Below are positions 9,426-18,263 of a DNA stretch of 64,000 nucleotides, piece after piece. The notes beneath the pieces are model-generated. The model searched no databases. It saw only the letters and a program-made list of their open reading frames with translations, and had not been told where the DNA came from. The stretch lies in contig DAIDHJ010000001.1 in NCBI GenBank assembly GCA_027451965.1, forward strand, positions 87,639 to 151,638, written 5' to 3'. Each line of letters starts with the position of its first letter. Within the stretch, counting starts at the first letter, position 1. Source of the DNA: Candidatus Adlerbacteria bacterium. Its GTDB lineage: Bacteria; Patescibacteriota; Minisyncoccia; Phycocordibacterales; SBAW01. Made by a program: the position numbers and the translations under genes.

Positions 9426-9500
9426 GGTGCACGCTGAGGGACTCGAACCCCCGACCCACTCGGTGTAAACGAGTTGCTCTACCAACTGAGCTAAGCGTGC
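9425..9500 (-). tRNA. tRNA-Val(TAC), CCA encoded
   Basis: GCACGCT/AGCGTGC-ACCA acceptor, ACTCG-TTTACAC-CGAGT anticodon arm. Confidence 0.95.
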
Positions 9501-9627
9501 GTCTGAGTCAGTGTAGCAAACTGGAGCACGAAACACGAGTTGGTCATATATTGACAGCTATTTAGTATGTATAGTACATAGGAAAAGGAATTCATTACCG
9601 TTTTCTGTAACTTAAGGAAGGAACCAA

Positions 9628-9849
9628 TTGTCTCGCCGCCCCCTGAAATCCGATAAATTTTTCCTGCTCCCAGCCAGATCGCGCGGTCCGCACAAAGGAA
9701 AGCGGGCATTGGGAGTCAATCGTATATACGAAGGAGATACCACTGCCATTACCGTGCAAGATTTGTTCGACTTCCTTAAGAAAGAAGCTATAGCACCTTC
9801 CGATGTAACTCTTCAAGCGGGATTTACCGCCTGGATAAAAGAGAAATAA
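9628..9849 (+). CDS. Hypothetical 73-aa protein
   Basis: TTG start after AAGGAAGG; upstream TTGACA; own terminator downstream. Confidence 0.5.
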   Translation: MSRRPLKSDKFFLLPARSRGPHKGKRALGVNRIYEGDTTAITVQDLFDFLKKEAIAPSDVTLQAGFTAWIKEK

Positions 9850-9860
9850 GCAGTTCAGGG

Positions 9861-9887
9861 GAAGCTCGAGAAATCGAGCTTCTTTTT
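9861..9887 (+). terminator. Intrinsic terminator
   Basis: GAAGCTCGA-GAAA-TCGAGCTTC followed by TTTTT. Confidence 0.8.
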
Positions 9888-9944
9888 CTATCAAACGTTC
9901 ACCTATGATTTAAGAAACTTTCTTTAGAGTAAGGAGCATATATA

Positions 9945-11486
9945 ATGTCGACTATGCCTACCAATGCCGCCTCAGAAGGCGGTCAAAATATTTGGGTCGT
10001 TATGGGAGCGCTTATGTTAGCGCTTCTTTTAGCTGCTCTGGACCAAACGATTGTTTCAACCGCTCTTCCAAAAATCGCCAGCGATTTTAATGCGCTGAAT
10101 GAATTGTCGTGGGTGGTGACTGCGTATCTCATCACGAGCGCCGTCTCTACTCCTCTCTATGGGAAAGTGAGCGATTTACTCGGTCGAAAACGAGTATTAA
10201 TGGCTGCGATCATTATTTTTCTCAGTGGATCCATACTTGCGGGACTCTCTCAAAACATTAGTGAGCTTATCGCCTTTCGCGGCTTGCAAGGGTTAGGTGG
10301 CGGAGGACTTATGACCTTGGTATTTGCCGCCATCGGTGACATTCTGCCTCCCAGGGAACGAGGGAGATACCAAGGATTGTTTGGAGGAGTATTCGGACTT
10401 TCAAGTGTCATTGGACCTTTATTAGGAGGCTTATTTACCGATACCCTATCGTGGCGTTGGATTTTTTATATCAACATTCCGCTCGGCCTACTAGCCTTAC
10501 TCGCCATTGCGTTCTACTTTCATACGTCAGTGCAACACCGCAAACACAGTATTGATTATGCAGGAGTGGTAACACTATCAATCAGCGTCGTATCTCTTTT
10601 ACTCCTTACTGTATGGGGAGGAAGCACATATGCATGGAATACTCCCCAGATTATTGGATTAGGAATATTAGGACTACTCAGTGCGGGAATATTTGTGCTG
10701 GTTGAGCGCAGCGCAAAAGAACCGCTGATGCCGTTGTCCTTGTTTCGCAACAGCATCTTCCGTGTCTCTTCCTTACTTTCACTGGTTTCTGGTCTCGCTA
10801 TGTTTGCAGCAATTATTTATCTCCCCGAATACCAGCAGGTAGCGCGCGGGTATTCGGCGACACAGTCAGGACTTCTTCTGCTTCCCCTTGTATTTGGCAT
10901 GCTTGCCGCATCTATTATGTCTGGACGATGGATCTCGCGCACAGGACACTATCGCATATACCCTATTATTGGTAGTGCTATAACCATACTCGGTCTCTGG
11001 CTCTTCAGTCATATAACCCTTCATACGTCTCAATGGATCCTCTCTTTATGGATGATCATTATCGGTATCGGTATCGGATCGTTCATGCAGGTAATGACAC
11101 TTGCGGTGCAAAACTCAACGGATCGCCAACATCTCGGCACTGCAACATCGATCGTAATATTTTTCCGCAGCATGGGCAGCTCATTTGGCACTGCTATTTT
11201 CGGAGCTATCCTCACTGACCGACTGGCTGCCCATCTTGCACAGCAATTTAGTGGTACAACAACTCTCGGCACACAAGTATTTAACGGTGGTATTGCACAA
11301 ATACAGTCACTGCCCATAGCCGTGCAAGGAAAGGTCCTGGAAGCATTCACTCAATCCTTCCGCGAAATTTTTCTCTGGGCGATTCCGTTTGTGATTGTCG
11401 CTTTTGTAATCGCATTCTTCTTACAAGAAAAACCATTACAAGGACGTACGCAGGAAGTCGCACGAGGAGAGGTGTTTGAAATGTAA
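9945..11486 (+). CDS. DHA2 (EmrB/QacA) MFS efflux transporter
   Basis: [42 protein letters not shown]; many TM segments; AAGGAG RBS. Confidence 0.92.
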   Translation: MSTMPTNAASEGGQNIWVVMGALMLALLLAALDQTIVSTALPKIASDFNALNELSWVVTAYLITSAVSTPLYGKVSDLLGRKRVLMAAIIIFLSGSILAGLSQNISELIAFRGLQGLGGGGLMTLVFAAIGDILPPRERGRYQGLFGGVFGLSSVIGPLLGGLFTDTLSWRWIFYINIPLGLLALLAIAFYFHTSVQHRKHSIDYAGVVTLSISVVSLLLLTVWGGSTYAWNTPQIIGLGILGLLSAGIFVLVERSAKEPLMPLSLFRNSIFRVSSLLSLVSGLAMFAAIIYLPEYQQVARGYSATQSGLLLLPLVFGMLAASIMSGRWISRTGHYRIYPIIGSAITILGLWLFSHITLHTSQWILSLWMIIIGIGIGSFMQVMTLAVQNSTDRQHLGTATSIVIFFRSMGSSFGTAIFGAILTDRLAAHLAQQFSGTTTLGTQVFNGGIAQIQSLPIAVQGKVLEAFTQSFREIFLWAIPFVIVAFVIAFFLQEKPLQGRTQEVARGEVFEM

Positions 11487-11529
11487 TAAAAATCCGTGCT
11501 ACCGTTATAGACGGAAGGAGGTGGATAAC

Positions 11530-11757
11530 ATGATCCACCGTATACTTGTGGCGGGAAACAAGGAGTTGCCTCCGCTCAAACAGCAGGTTGCGCATTTAAG
11601 ACAGCGCGTCCACCTACTGAAACGAGGGGGCGTGGTGCTCTTGAGCATCGCGTGCTTTCTCGCTACCGCAGCCGGTTTCCTCATCACTCGAGCGATTATG
11701 GAAGCAATGCTCCTGTGGTTTTGGATCTGGATTCTCCAAATCACATACAGGACATAG
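11530..11757 (+). CDS. Hypothetical small membrane protein
   Basis: Strong SD AAGGAGGTG before ATG, hydrophobic C-terminal half, terminator directly after. Confidence 0.55.
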   Translation: MIHRILVAGNKELPPLKQQVAHLRQRVHLLKRGGVVLLSIACFLATAAGFLITRAIMEAMLLWFWIWILQITYRT

Positions 11758-11783
11758 CCCGCAAATGCGGGCTATTTTCTTTT
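11754..11783 (+). terminator. Intrinsic terminator
   Basis: ATAGCCCGCA-AA-TGCGGGCTAT followed by TTTCTTTT. Confidence 0.8.
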
Positions 11784-11820
11784 GCGTGAATGACCGTATA
11801 CGTTCTGGTATGATGCATCT

Positions 11821-12438
11821 ATGAAATGGTTCTGGTGGGTAGGCAGCATCATTATTGTAATCGTTTTGATATTTAGCATAAGCAAATTATTTAGCGGTAC
11901 TCCTACCGCAGTGCAAACGATCTCAGATCCCAGCACCCTTCCTGGATTGGAAACAGGGACTGTTCCCTGGGCACCAGAAATTGATCATCTTGCCGCTCGA
12001 CTAAAAGCTATTGGTCTTCCTGCACTTCCACAAGAAGGTACTGCGATGCATATACATCAGCACCTGGATATTTTCATCCACGGAGCTACGGTGCCAGTAC
12101 CAGCTGACATTGGCATCAATGCCAATGCAGGATTCATTTCTCCTATCCATACGCACGATGGCACAGGGATTATGCATGTCGAATCTCCGACAGTAACCAC
12201 TTATACGCTTGGACAATTCTTTGATATTTGGGGAGTGAAATTCACCGCTCAGTGCATCGGCGGATACTGCAACAACAGCACAAACAATCTGAAGGTATAT
12301 GTAAATGGATCACTGTACGCCGGAGATCCTCGACAGATTGTTCTGCAAAATCACGAGGAAATAGCAATTGTGTACGGCACCACAAAGGAAATGCCGAACC
12401 CGGTTCCTGGAACATACGCATTTCCGGCAGGATACTAA
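11821..12438 (+). CDS. Membrane-anchored extracellular protein with His motifs
   Basis: N-terminal TM; MHIHQHL, IHTHDGTGIMHVES, TLGQFFDIWG. Confidence 0.75.
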   Translation: MKWFWWVGSIIIVIVLIFSISKLFSGTPTAVQTISDPSTLPGLETGTVPWAPEIDHLAARLKAIGLPALPQEGTAMHIHQHLDIFIHGATVPVPADIGINANAGFISPIHTHDGTGIMHVESPTVTTYTLGQFFDIWGVKFTAQCIGGYCNNSTNNLKVYVNGSLYAGDPRQIVLQNHEEIAIVYGTTKEMPNPVPGTYAFPAGY

Positions 12439-12948
12439 CTATCGAGGTATTTCCACCGGACACACAGCACCGGCGACGACTTTTTTTGCACTAAAATACA
12501 GTCCTATAAAAGTAATACATAGGGCAGTTATCACAATGTAAAGCTGGTTTGCGAGAATGAAAGAGGTACTTCCTACGCCAAGACCTACAAATCCCAATAT
12601 GAATCCGATGCCGCAACCGCAGGATGTAAGCAGTACACTGCCGAGAAATGCGGCGATGATACCAGTTCCGCCGCTTCCAATTATGCGCTGTCGTATGAGA
12701 AAGATGTTCAATGCAAGAAGAATGCCGGACAGAAGTGCGAATAACGAAAGAAACAGATAGTTTTCTGTACGCATAAGATGTAGTTCAAAGGAAAACGTAT
12801 CTGCCGGAATAAACCACGTAGGTATAAGAAGCGGTAGTATAAAAAATCCGGCACTTGCTCCTGCTGCAATGTACCAGTAACTCCCGTGAGAAAATACAGT
12901 CCTGAATGCTTGCAATATAGGTACAAAACAGTCGTGCAAGAAACGCAT
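12439..12948 (-). CDS. Hypothetical membrane protein with CGCG motif
   Basis: About 4 hydrophobic segments, TSCGCG; TATACT 6 nt before ATG. Confidence 0.7.
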   Translation of the reverse strand: MRFLHDCFVPILQAFRTVFSHGSYWYIAAGASAGFFILPLLIPTWFIPADTFSFELHLMRTENYLFLSLFALLSGILLALNIFLIRQRIIGSGGTGIIAAFLGSVLLTSCGCGIGFILGFVGLGVGSTSFILANQLYIVITALCITFIGLYFSAKKVVAGAVCPVEIPR

Positions 12949-12967
12949 CGTTTAAGTATATCGTAAC

Positions 12968-13042
12968 TGGTGCCCCTGGAGGGAATCGAACCCCCATTAA
13001 GAGCTTAGAAGTCTCCGGTTCTATCCATTGAACTACAGGGGC
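12968..13042 (-). tRNA. tRNA-Arg(TCT), CCA encoded
   Basis: GCCCCTG/CAGGGGC-ACCA acceptor, CTTCTAA loop. Confidence 0.93.
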
Positions 13043-13641
13043 AGGTGGTACAGGTGCACAATACCATAGATTAGTATGATGGAAACAATCGCAATACCAA
13101 TGACTAATAGATATTCTTTCAGAGTATCGAATACTCTTCTACCATATCGCCCGGCAAGATACAGAACGATAGCGAGACGCATGGTTTGTCCCACAAAATA
13201 CCCTAACGCATAGGGAATAAAATGCACTCCTAAAAACCCTGCCGTATAGATAAACACTTTCTGCGGGATAGGGATGATGAACGGTATGAGCGCCATTACC
13301 AAAAATGTATGACCATGAAGGAGTTGTCGTGCATACACGAATGCCGTCTGTAAATGGTAAAACCGGATAAGTGGAACACCCACTGCTTGAAACAGGGCAT
13401 TTCCAATTACGTATCCGACCATTGCGCCACCCAGGGCGCCAAGTGATGTGACGATGAGGTACTGCCACCATCGTGCCGGCCGAGCAACCATAAGTGCAAT
13501 GAGATACAACTCTGTCGGTATAGGAGAAATAAATCCGTCAAAAAAGGAGACAAGTCCGAGCCACACCAATGCATAGTGCGTTTCCGAGTGATTTTCGAAC
13601 CACTGCCACAATCGATCGTGAAAACGAATACGTTCTTCCAT
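13033..13641 (-). CDS. YqaA/DedA (VTT domain) membrane protein
   Basis: SFFDGFISPIPTE, SLGALGGAMVGYVIG, PIPQKVF; stop codon lies inside tRNA-Arg. Confidence 0.8.
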   Translation of the reverse strand: MEERIRFHDRLWQWFENHSETHYALVWLGLVSFFDGFISPIPTELYLIALMVARPARWWQYLIVTSLGALGGAMVGYVIGNALFQAVGVPLIRFYHLQTAFVYARQLLHGHTFLVMALIPFIIPIPQKVFIYTAGFLGVHFIPYALGYFVGQTMRLAIVLYLAGRYGRRVFDTLKEYLLVIGIAIVSIILIYGIVHLYHLPL

Positions 13642-13654
13642 ATGTACTTAGTTA

Positions 13655-13981
13655 TTACCGAACACCTGCGCCTGGAGTCACATTTGCTTCCAGCAAGGAG
13701 AATGAGCCGTCCTCTGCGGTTGCCGCAAGAACCATACCCTTACTTTCAAGACCACGTATAGTGCGAGGTTCCAGATTGTATACAAACGCAAGCTTCTTTC
13801 CGACCAAGACCGCTGGATCAGGAAAATACAGCGCGATACCAGAAACAACTTGTCGTTCTTCAGAGCCAAAGTCGACCGAAAGGCGGAGTAATTTCTCCGT
13901 ATCCGGAACCCGCTCAGCAAGTTTTACCTCGCCGATACGAATTTCGACTTTTTTGAATTCATCGATGGAGATGAGGTCCAT
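13655..13981 (-). CDS. Stand-alone tRNA-binding OB-fold protein (Trbp111/MetG C-terminal-like)
   Basis: ISIDEFKKVEIRIG..KLLRLSVDFG..RQVVSGIA..NLEPR..ESKGMVLAA; TAGAAT 7 nt before ATG 13981. Confidence 0.88.
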   Translation of the reverse strand: MDLISIDEFKKVEIRIGEVKLAERVPDTEKLLRLSVDFGSEERQVVSGIALYFPDPAVLVGKKLAFVYNLEPRTIRGLESKGMVLAATAEDGSFSLLEANVTPGAGVR

Positions 13982-13986
13982 AGGGC

Positions 13987-14385
13987 TCATTCTATACCAG
14001 GGCGTGCTTTCTGACGATCAAGGTAGCTTTGCAGAATGAGAGCCGCCGCGGATGCGTCGATATGCTCTTTTGGTGTCTCGCCCTCTTTCCGAGCTTGCAC
14101 TGTAGTAAAGAACTCTGGCTCATACACGACCTCATACCCCTTAGCTTCAAGCTGCTGACGCAGCATTGCTATATGTTCCATAACCGGATTTGTTGCACCT
14201 TGAAAGTTTCGTGATTCTCCGAGCACGATCGTTTCTATGTGTTCGTCTTGTACAATGGCGCTAATTTCATCAACCACAGTAGATCCTGCCTGCAGAGTAG
14301 TAAGAGGAAACGCAACTGAACCAGTATCATCAGAAATTGCAATACCGATGCGTTTGGTGCCGCAATCAATCCCGAGATATTTCAT
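13987..14385 (-). CDS. ruvX: RuvX/YqgF family nuclease
   Basis: YLGIDCGTKRIGIAISD, EFFTT, IDASAAALILQSYLD. Confidence 0.92.
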   Translation of the reverse strand: MKYLGIDCGTKRIGIAISDDTGSVAFPLTTLQAGSTVVDEISAIVQDEHIETIVLGESRNFQGATNPVMEHIAMLRQQLEAKGYEVVYEPEFFTTVQARKEGETPKEHIDASAAALILQSYLDRQKARPGIE

Positions 14386-14433
14386 TGATTCAGCATAGCG
14401 AAGAACTGCAAAAAAGTGTATGGTGTTTCCATT

Positions 14434-14518
14434 GGAGGGGTGGCTGAGTGGTCTAAAGCACCGGTCTTGAAAACCGGCGTGCCGCAAGGTACCGTGAGTT
14501 CGAATCTCACCCCCTCCG
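14434..14518 (+). tRNA. tRNA-Ser(TGA)
   Basis: GGAGGGG/CCCCTCC-G acceptor, CCGGT-CTTGAAA-ACCGG, long variable arm. Confidence 0.95.
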
Positions 14519-14569
14519 CTTAGAACTCAAGTACGTGCTATGCTACGCAGTACTATTCCCTTCTTTTCG

Positions 14570-14595
14570 TGAAAGAATAAGGCTCCCCTTCCGTC
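14570..14595 (+). promoter_or_regulatory. Putative ECF autoregulatory promoter
   Basis: TGAAAG-16nt-CGTC, similar to SigW/SigM-type consensus. Confidence 0.5.
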
Positions 14596-14601
14596 TATAG
14601 T

Positions 14602-15123
14602 ATGGAGAACGTCAAAGTTGAATTTCAAAATGCATTTGAGAAATATAGCGATGAGCTATTCAGACACTGTCTGCTCCGCATCTCAGATCGTGAACGGGCC
14701 CTTGAACTTACGCAAGAGATGTTCCTCAAAACCTGGGAGTATGTATCGAAAGGAAACATGATTCGGGAGTATCGGCCGTTTTTCTACCGCACTCTGCATA
14801 ATCTCATCATCGATGAGTATCGGAAGCATAAAATGCAGTCATTGGAGGCTATGGTAGAACAAACAGAAGGAGCAACCGTTGAAGCGCTCTTGCCAACGGA
14901 TGATACCAATACACTTGAAGCTGCTATGGACCGATTTGATGGCGCGCGCGCTCTGCGCTTATTGTCGCAATTGCCGGAACCATACTGCCATACACTCACC
15001 TTGCGCTATGTCGACGGTTTTTCTCCAAAAGAAATTTCCGAAATGACCCAGGAAAGCGAAAATGTTATTTCCGTACGCATCTATCGAGGTATAAAAAAAC
15101 TGCGCGAAATGCTTGAACAATAG
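14602..15123 (+). CDS. ECF RNA polymerase sigma factor
   Basis: ALELTQEMFLKTW (region 2), LRYVDGFSPKEIS..VSVRIYRG-like region 4; 173 aa. Confidence 0.92.
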   Translation: MENVKVEFQNAFEKYSDELFRHCLLRISDRERALELTQEMFLKTWEYVSKGNMIREYRPFFYRTLHNLIIDEYRKHKMQSLEAMVEQTEGATVEALLPTDDTNTLEAAMDRFDGARALRLLSQLPEPYCHTLTLRYVDGFSPKEISEMTQESENVISVRIYRGIKKLREMLEQ

Positions 15124-15125
15124 TT

Positions 15126-16217
15126 ATGAAACCATTTTTTAAACAACTACATACTGAAGCAGAGCAGATCCGCCTCTCCGTCTCGGAAAAGCAGTCGATG
15201 CGATCTTCTCTTCATGCGGCTATGGGTATGCCTATAGCAAGCCCATATCGTATTTCCCTCTTTGCTCCGCGTATTATGATGCCCTTGTTTTTACTGCTTT
15301 TGGTGGTCGGAGGCGGCACTGCGTATGCCGCACAAGGATCGTTGCCTGGAAACCCCTTGTACGCAATAAAAATTCACGTGAATGAACCGGTGCAAACGGC
15401 ACTCGCATTTTCTCCGCAAGCAAAAGCGCAGATCAACGCGCAGTTAGCAGAACGCCGATTGCAAGAAGCTGAAATACTTGCACAACAAGGAAAACTGGAC
15501 GCAACAACCACTGCGCAATTAAAGAACAACTTTGATGCGCACATTGCTCAAGCTTCCACATTCACGCAAACGCTCCAACAACAAGACCCTGCCGCTGCGA
15601 CCGCTCTCACCGTAAAAGTAAATGCTGCAATCATCGAACATGGCGCAATTCTTACACAATTAGGTGATCAGAGTAAAAACTTGCAAACAAAACAGGACAG
15701 CGCTGAGTTGGATGCACACCTGCAATTGCTTAGCGACCAAACCGGAACTTCTACGGTAGCAACCACTACCATCTCGATTCCATCCGTCTCTCAAAACGAA
15801 TATGAACGTCATCGTATGCAAAAGTTTTCGAAAGAGGCAACCTCCTCCAATGCGTCCTCTACACTAGACACAAGCGCAAGACAAACCATTGCAATTCAAC
15901 TTGAGCAACAAGCGGCAGACAGTCTGGCAACCGTACAAGAACAAATGAGTACAGCGCAAAACGCACTTGATACAACAAGTACCATACAGCTCAATGCACA
16001 ATTGACGCTAATCAATACGCTTATGAGTAATGGGAGTGCGGCACTCAGTACCAATCAGCCAAATACCGCGATCATGTTGTTCAGCCAAGCACTCCATGAT
16101 CTTGCCGCATTGCACGTGTTTCTCAGTGCAGAACATGAATTAAGGCTCAACATTATGCCACCAGACAGCCGCGGAGAGAGTGATGGCGGAGACAATACTA
16201 TTCTTCCTTCGCTCTAA
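15126..16217 (+). CDS. Putative anti-sigma factor (DUF5667-like)
   Basis: Follows ECF sigma; one TM then AAQGSLPGNPLYAIKIHVNE..LAERRLQEA. Confidence 0.7.
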   Translation: MKPFFKQLHTEAEQIRLSVSEKQSMRSSLHAAMGMPIASPYRISLFAPRIMMPLFLLLLVVGGGTAYAAQGSLPGNPLYAIKIHVNEPVQTALAFSPQAKAQINAQLAERRLQEAEILAQQGKLDATTTAQLKNNFDAHIAQASTFTQTLQQQDPAAATALTVKVNAAIIEHGAILTQLGDQSKNLQTKQDSAELDAHLQLLSDQTGTSTVATTTISIPSVSQNEYERHRMQKFSKEATSSNASSTLDTSARQTIAIQLEQQAADSLATVQEQMSTAQNALDTTSTIQLNAQLTLINTLMSNGSAALSTNQPNTAIMLFSQALHDLAALHVFLSAEHELRLNIMPPDSRGESDGGDNTILPSL

Positions 16218-16361
16218 CAGCCTACACAATGTTTCGCTTCATAAGAATCTCATTCTTAATAGAGATCTAATCATGCATCTTCAACTATGGAGACGGTAAG
16301 ACGAATTTTTTACATCCGTCACCATAAGAAGGTCGCATTATCATCTTTATTAACACATAAT

Positions 16362-16979
16362 ATGAATACTCGTCTTAAGATCGCTACCCTGCTCGCTACT
16401 CCTCTGGCACTGCTCGCAATTGCTACACCTGTATTTGCGCAAACGCTGTACCGCCAGTTGGATATTGGATCTAGTGGCTCGGATGTCTCCGCGCTGCAAA
16501 CATTTCTTGCACAAGATTCAAGCATATATCCGCAGGGTTTGGTTACCGGTTATTACGGACAACTAACTGCCGCTGCAGTTGCCCGCTGGCAAACTAAAAA
16601 TGGTATTGCTGCAGTAGGTCACGTAGGTCCTATTACTCTCGCCGCTCTCCAAGCGAAAATGGGTGATACAGGAGGAGGTGTTTCTACCGGAACTGCTGCT
16701 CCTATATTGAGCCCTGAAATAGTATCAACTACTTCAACTTCGGCCACTTTCACCTGGGCAAGCAACGTATCTGCATATCCTCGTGTAATGTACGGAACTA
16801 CCTGGCCATTCCTCTACGCAACTGCCCCGAGCGTTACTGGTACCTATGGAACCGCACAGAGTGTCACTATTACTGGCCTGCAACCATCCACTACGTACTA
16901 CTATGTCCTTGAATCGAAAGATGCATCAGGAAACTATAGTTGGACAATTGGAAAACCGTTTACCACGCAGCACGCATAG
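16362..16979 (+). CDS. Secreted peptidoglycan-binding + FN3-like protein
   Basis: Signal peptide; LDIGSSGSDVSALQTFL..TGYYGQLTAAAVARWQ; ITGLQPSTTYYY. Confidence 0.82.
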   Translation: MNTRLKIATLLATPLALLAIATPVFAQTLYRQLDIGSSGSDVSALQTFLAQDSSIYPQGLVTGYYGQLTAAAVARWQTKNGIAAVGHVGPITLAALQAKMGDTGGGVSTGTAAPILSPEIVSTTSTSATFTWASNVSAYPRVMYGTTWPFLYATAPSVTGTYGTAQSVTITGLQPSTTYYYVLESKDASGNYSWTIGKPFTTQHA

Positions 16980-16996
16980 CGTATGGATCTCTATAC

Positions 16997-17026
16997 AGAA
17001 AAACCCACCATATGGTGGGTTTTTCT
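16997..17026. terminator. Bidirectional intrinsic terminator
   Basis: AGAAAAACCCACCA-TA-TGGTGGGTTTTTCT between convergent genes. Confidence 0.85.
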
Positions 17027-17466
17027 TATTTTACAAAACTTGCCTTATCGTCCGCATCCAGAAAATCAAACAATGTAGCGTCCGGAGAAAGTCCTACGGA
17101 TACCGCGCTTTCTGAAAGCCATTTCTTTTTCTCGGGCGTTTCATTGGCATAATTGTTTGCTGCTGCCTGTTGCGACCACGCAGCGATCTCTTCATCAGTT
17201 TTTGGAACACCTTGAGTTTTTACCCACGCAGCGATCTCTTCATCACTTGCCCCTGTTTCTACGTATGCCTTGAATGCATCGCCGGTAATGCCCTTGAAGC
17301 TAAAGAGTTGATTATCGAGAGGACAATCAAAGTGATATTCCCCTGTGTTTCCCCATAACAATGCACGACACTTATCGATAGTACGCGCGATAATAGCGAA
17401 TCCTCCTATTATCTCGTGCGGAGAACGCGGCGCTTCCTTTGTAAGATCTTTTCCTATTCCTTGCAT
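17026..17466 (-). CDS. DUF5069-like protein
   Basis: DLTKEAPRSP..ARTIDKCRA..GEYHFDCPLDNQLFSFKGI..FDFLDADD. Confidence 0.75.
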   Translation of the reverse strand: MQGIGKDLTKEAPRSPHEIIGGFAIIARTIDKCRALLWGNTGEYHFDCPLDNQLFSFKGITGDAFKAYVETGASDEEIAAWVKTQGVPKTDEEIAAWSQQAAANNYANETPEKKKWLSESAVSVGLSPDATLFDFLDADDKASFVK

Positions 17467-17552
17467 ACGTAATGAATATCAATGAATAACGGATCAATTA
17501 TAGAATAACTGCTACAAAGAAGAAACGGAAGGAGTATACTGAATGGAGCATC

Positions 17553-18020
17553 ATGCCACAGCAGGAATCTCCTATCTCATGGAATGTGCTCAGTCATGAG
17601 CATCGAGAACGCACCGCCGATTGGTATTGGACGCTCGGCACACTTGCAGTTGTCGGTGCGGTTGTTTCTATTTTCTTCAGCAATATCCTTCTGGCATGCA
17701 TTCTCCTTATCGGCGCCGGTTCAATAGGATTTCTTGCAGCCAGAGGCCCACGGGAACATGCCGTACGCATCGATGAAAAAGGAATTCATATTGACGGAAC
17801 CGTGTATCCGTACAAATCATTGGAATCGTTTAGCATTCACGAAGACACCACTCCTCCCTATCTTGTATTAAGCATTCACAGCTTTATCACTCCACGCCTA
17901 CTCCTCTCCTTGGAAGGCATGTCTGCAGAAACCGTGCGAGACCGATTAAGCCTACAAGTAAAAGAAATTGAATCGCAGCCGCACCTCATGGATAGTCTCG
18001 CTGAAATCTTCGGGTTGTGA
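17553..18020 (+). CDS. Hypothetical membrane protein
   Basis: W..HEHRERTADWYW, two TMs, IDEKGIHID..YKSLESF. Confidence 0.75.
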   Translation: MPQQESPISWNVLSHEHRERTADWYWTLGTLAVVGAVVSIFFSNILLACILLIGAGSIGFLAARGPREHAVRIDEKGIHIDGTVYPYKSLESFSIHEDTTPPYLVLSIHSFITPRLLLSLEGMSAETVRDRLSLQVKEIESQPHLMDSLAEIFGL

Positions 18021-18034
18021 TACAACCTATATAC

Positions 18035-18106
18035 CCTCTCGTAGTTCAATGGATAGAACGCAAGCTTGCGGAGCTTGTAATGTAGGTTCGATTCCTACCG
18101 AGAGGA
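18035..18106 (+). tRNA. tRNA-Arg(GCG)
   Basis: CCTCTCG/CGAGAGG-A acceptor, CAAGC-TTGCGGA-GCTTG anticodon arm. Confidence 0.92.
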
Positions 18107-18115
18107 CTTGCGTGA

Positions 18116-18187
18116 GTCCCCGTAGCTCAACGGATAGAGCGTAGGCCTCCGAAGCCTGAGATCGAGGTTCGATTCCTCGCGGGGGCA
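18116..18187 (+). tRNA. tRNA-Arg(CCG)
   Basis: GTCCCCG/CGGGGGC-A acceptor, TAGGC-CTCCGAA-GCCTG anticodon arm. Confidence 0.93.
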
Positions 18188-18263
18188 CTCAATATTGCTT
18201 TTTATAAAAAATGTGCTATTATTTTGATAGCATTTTTGTACTTTCACTATCGCAGGAGGATGA

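Noticed and set aside
9426-9536. N-terminal extension of the RluA ORF through tRNA-Val
   Set aside because: Translates the tRNA itself, and the GTG lies upstream of the tRNA's -10 element
14386-14487. Extension of the RuvX ORF
   Set aside because: Antisense to tRNA-Ser; family homology and a -10 element point to ATG 14385
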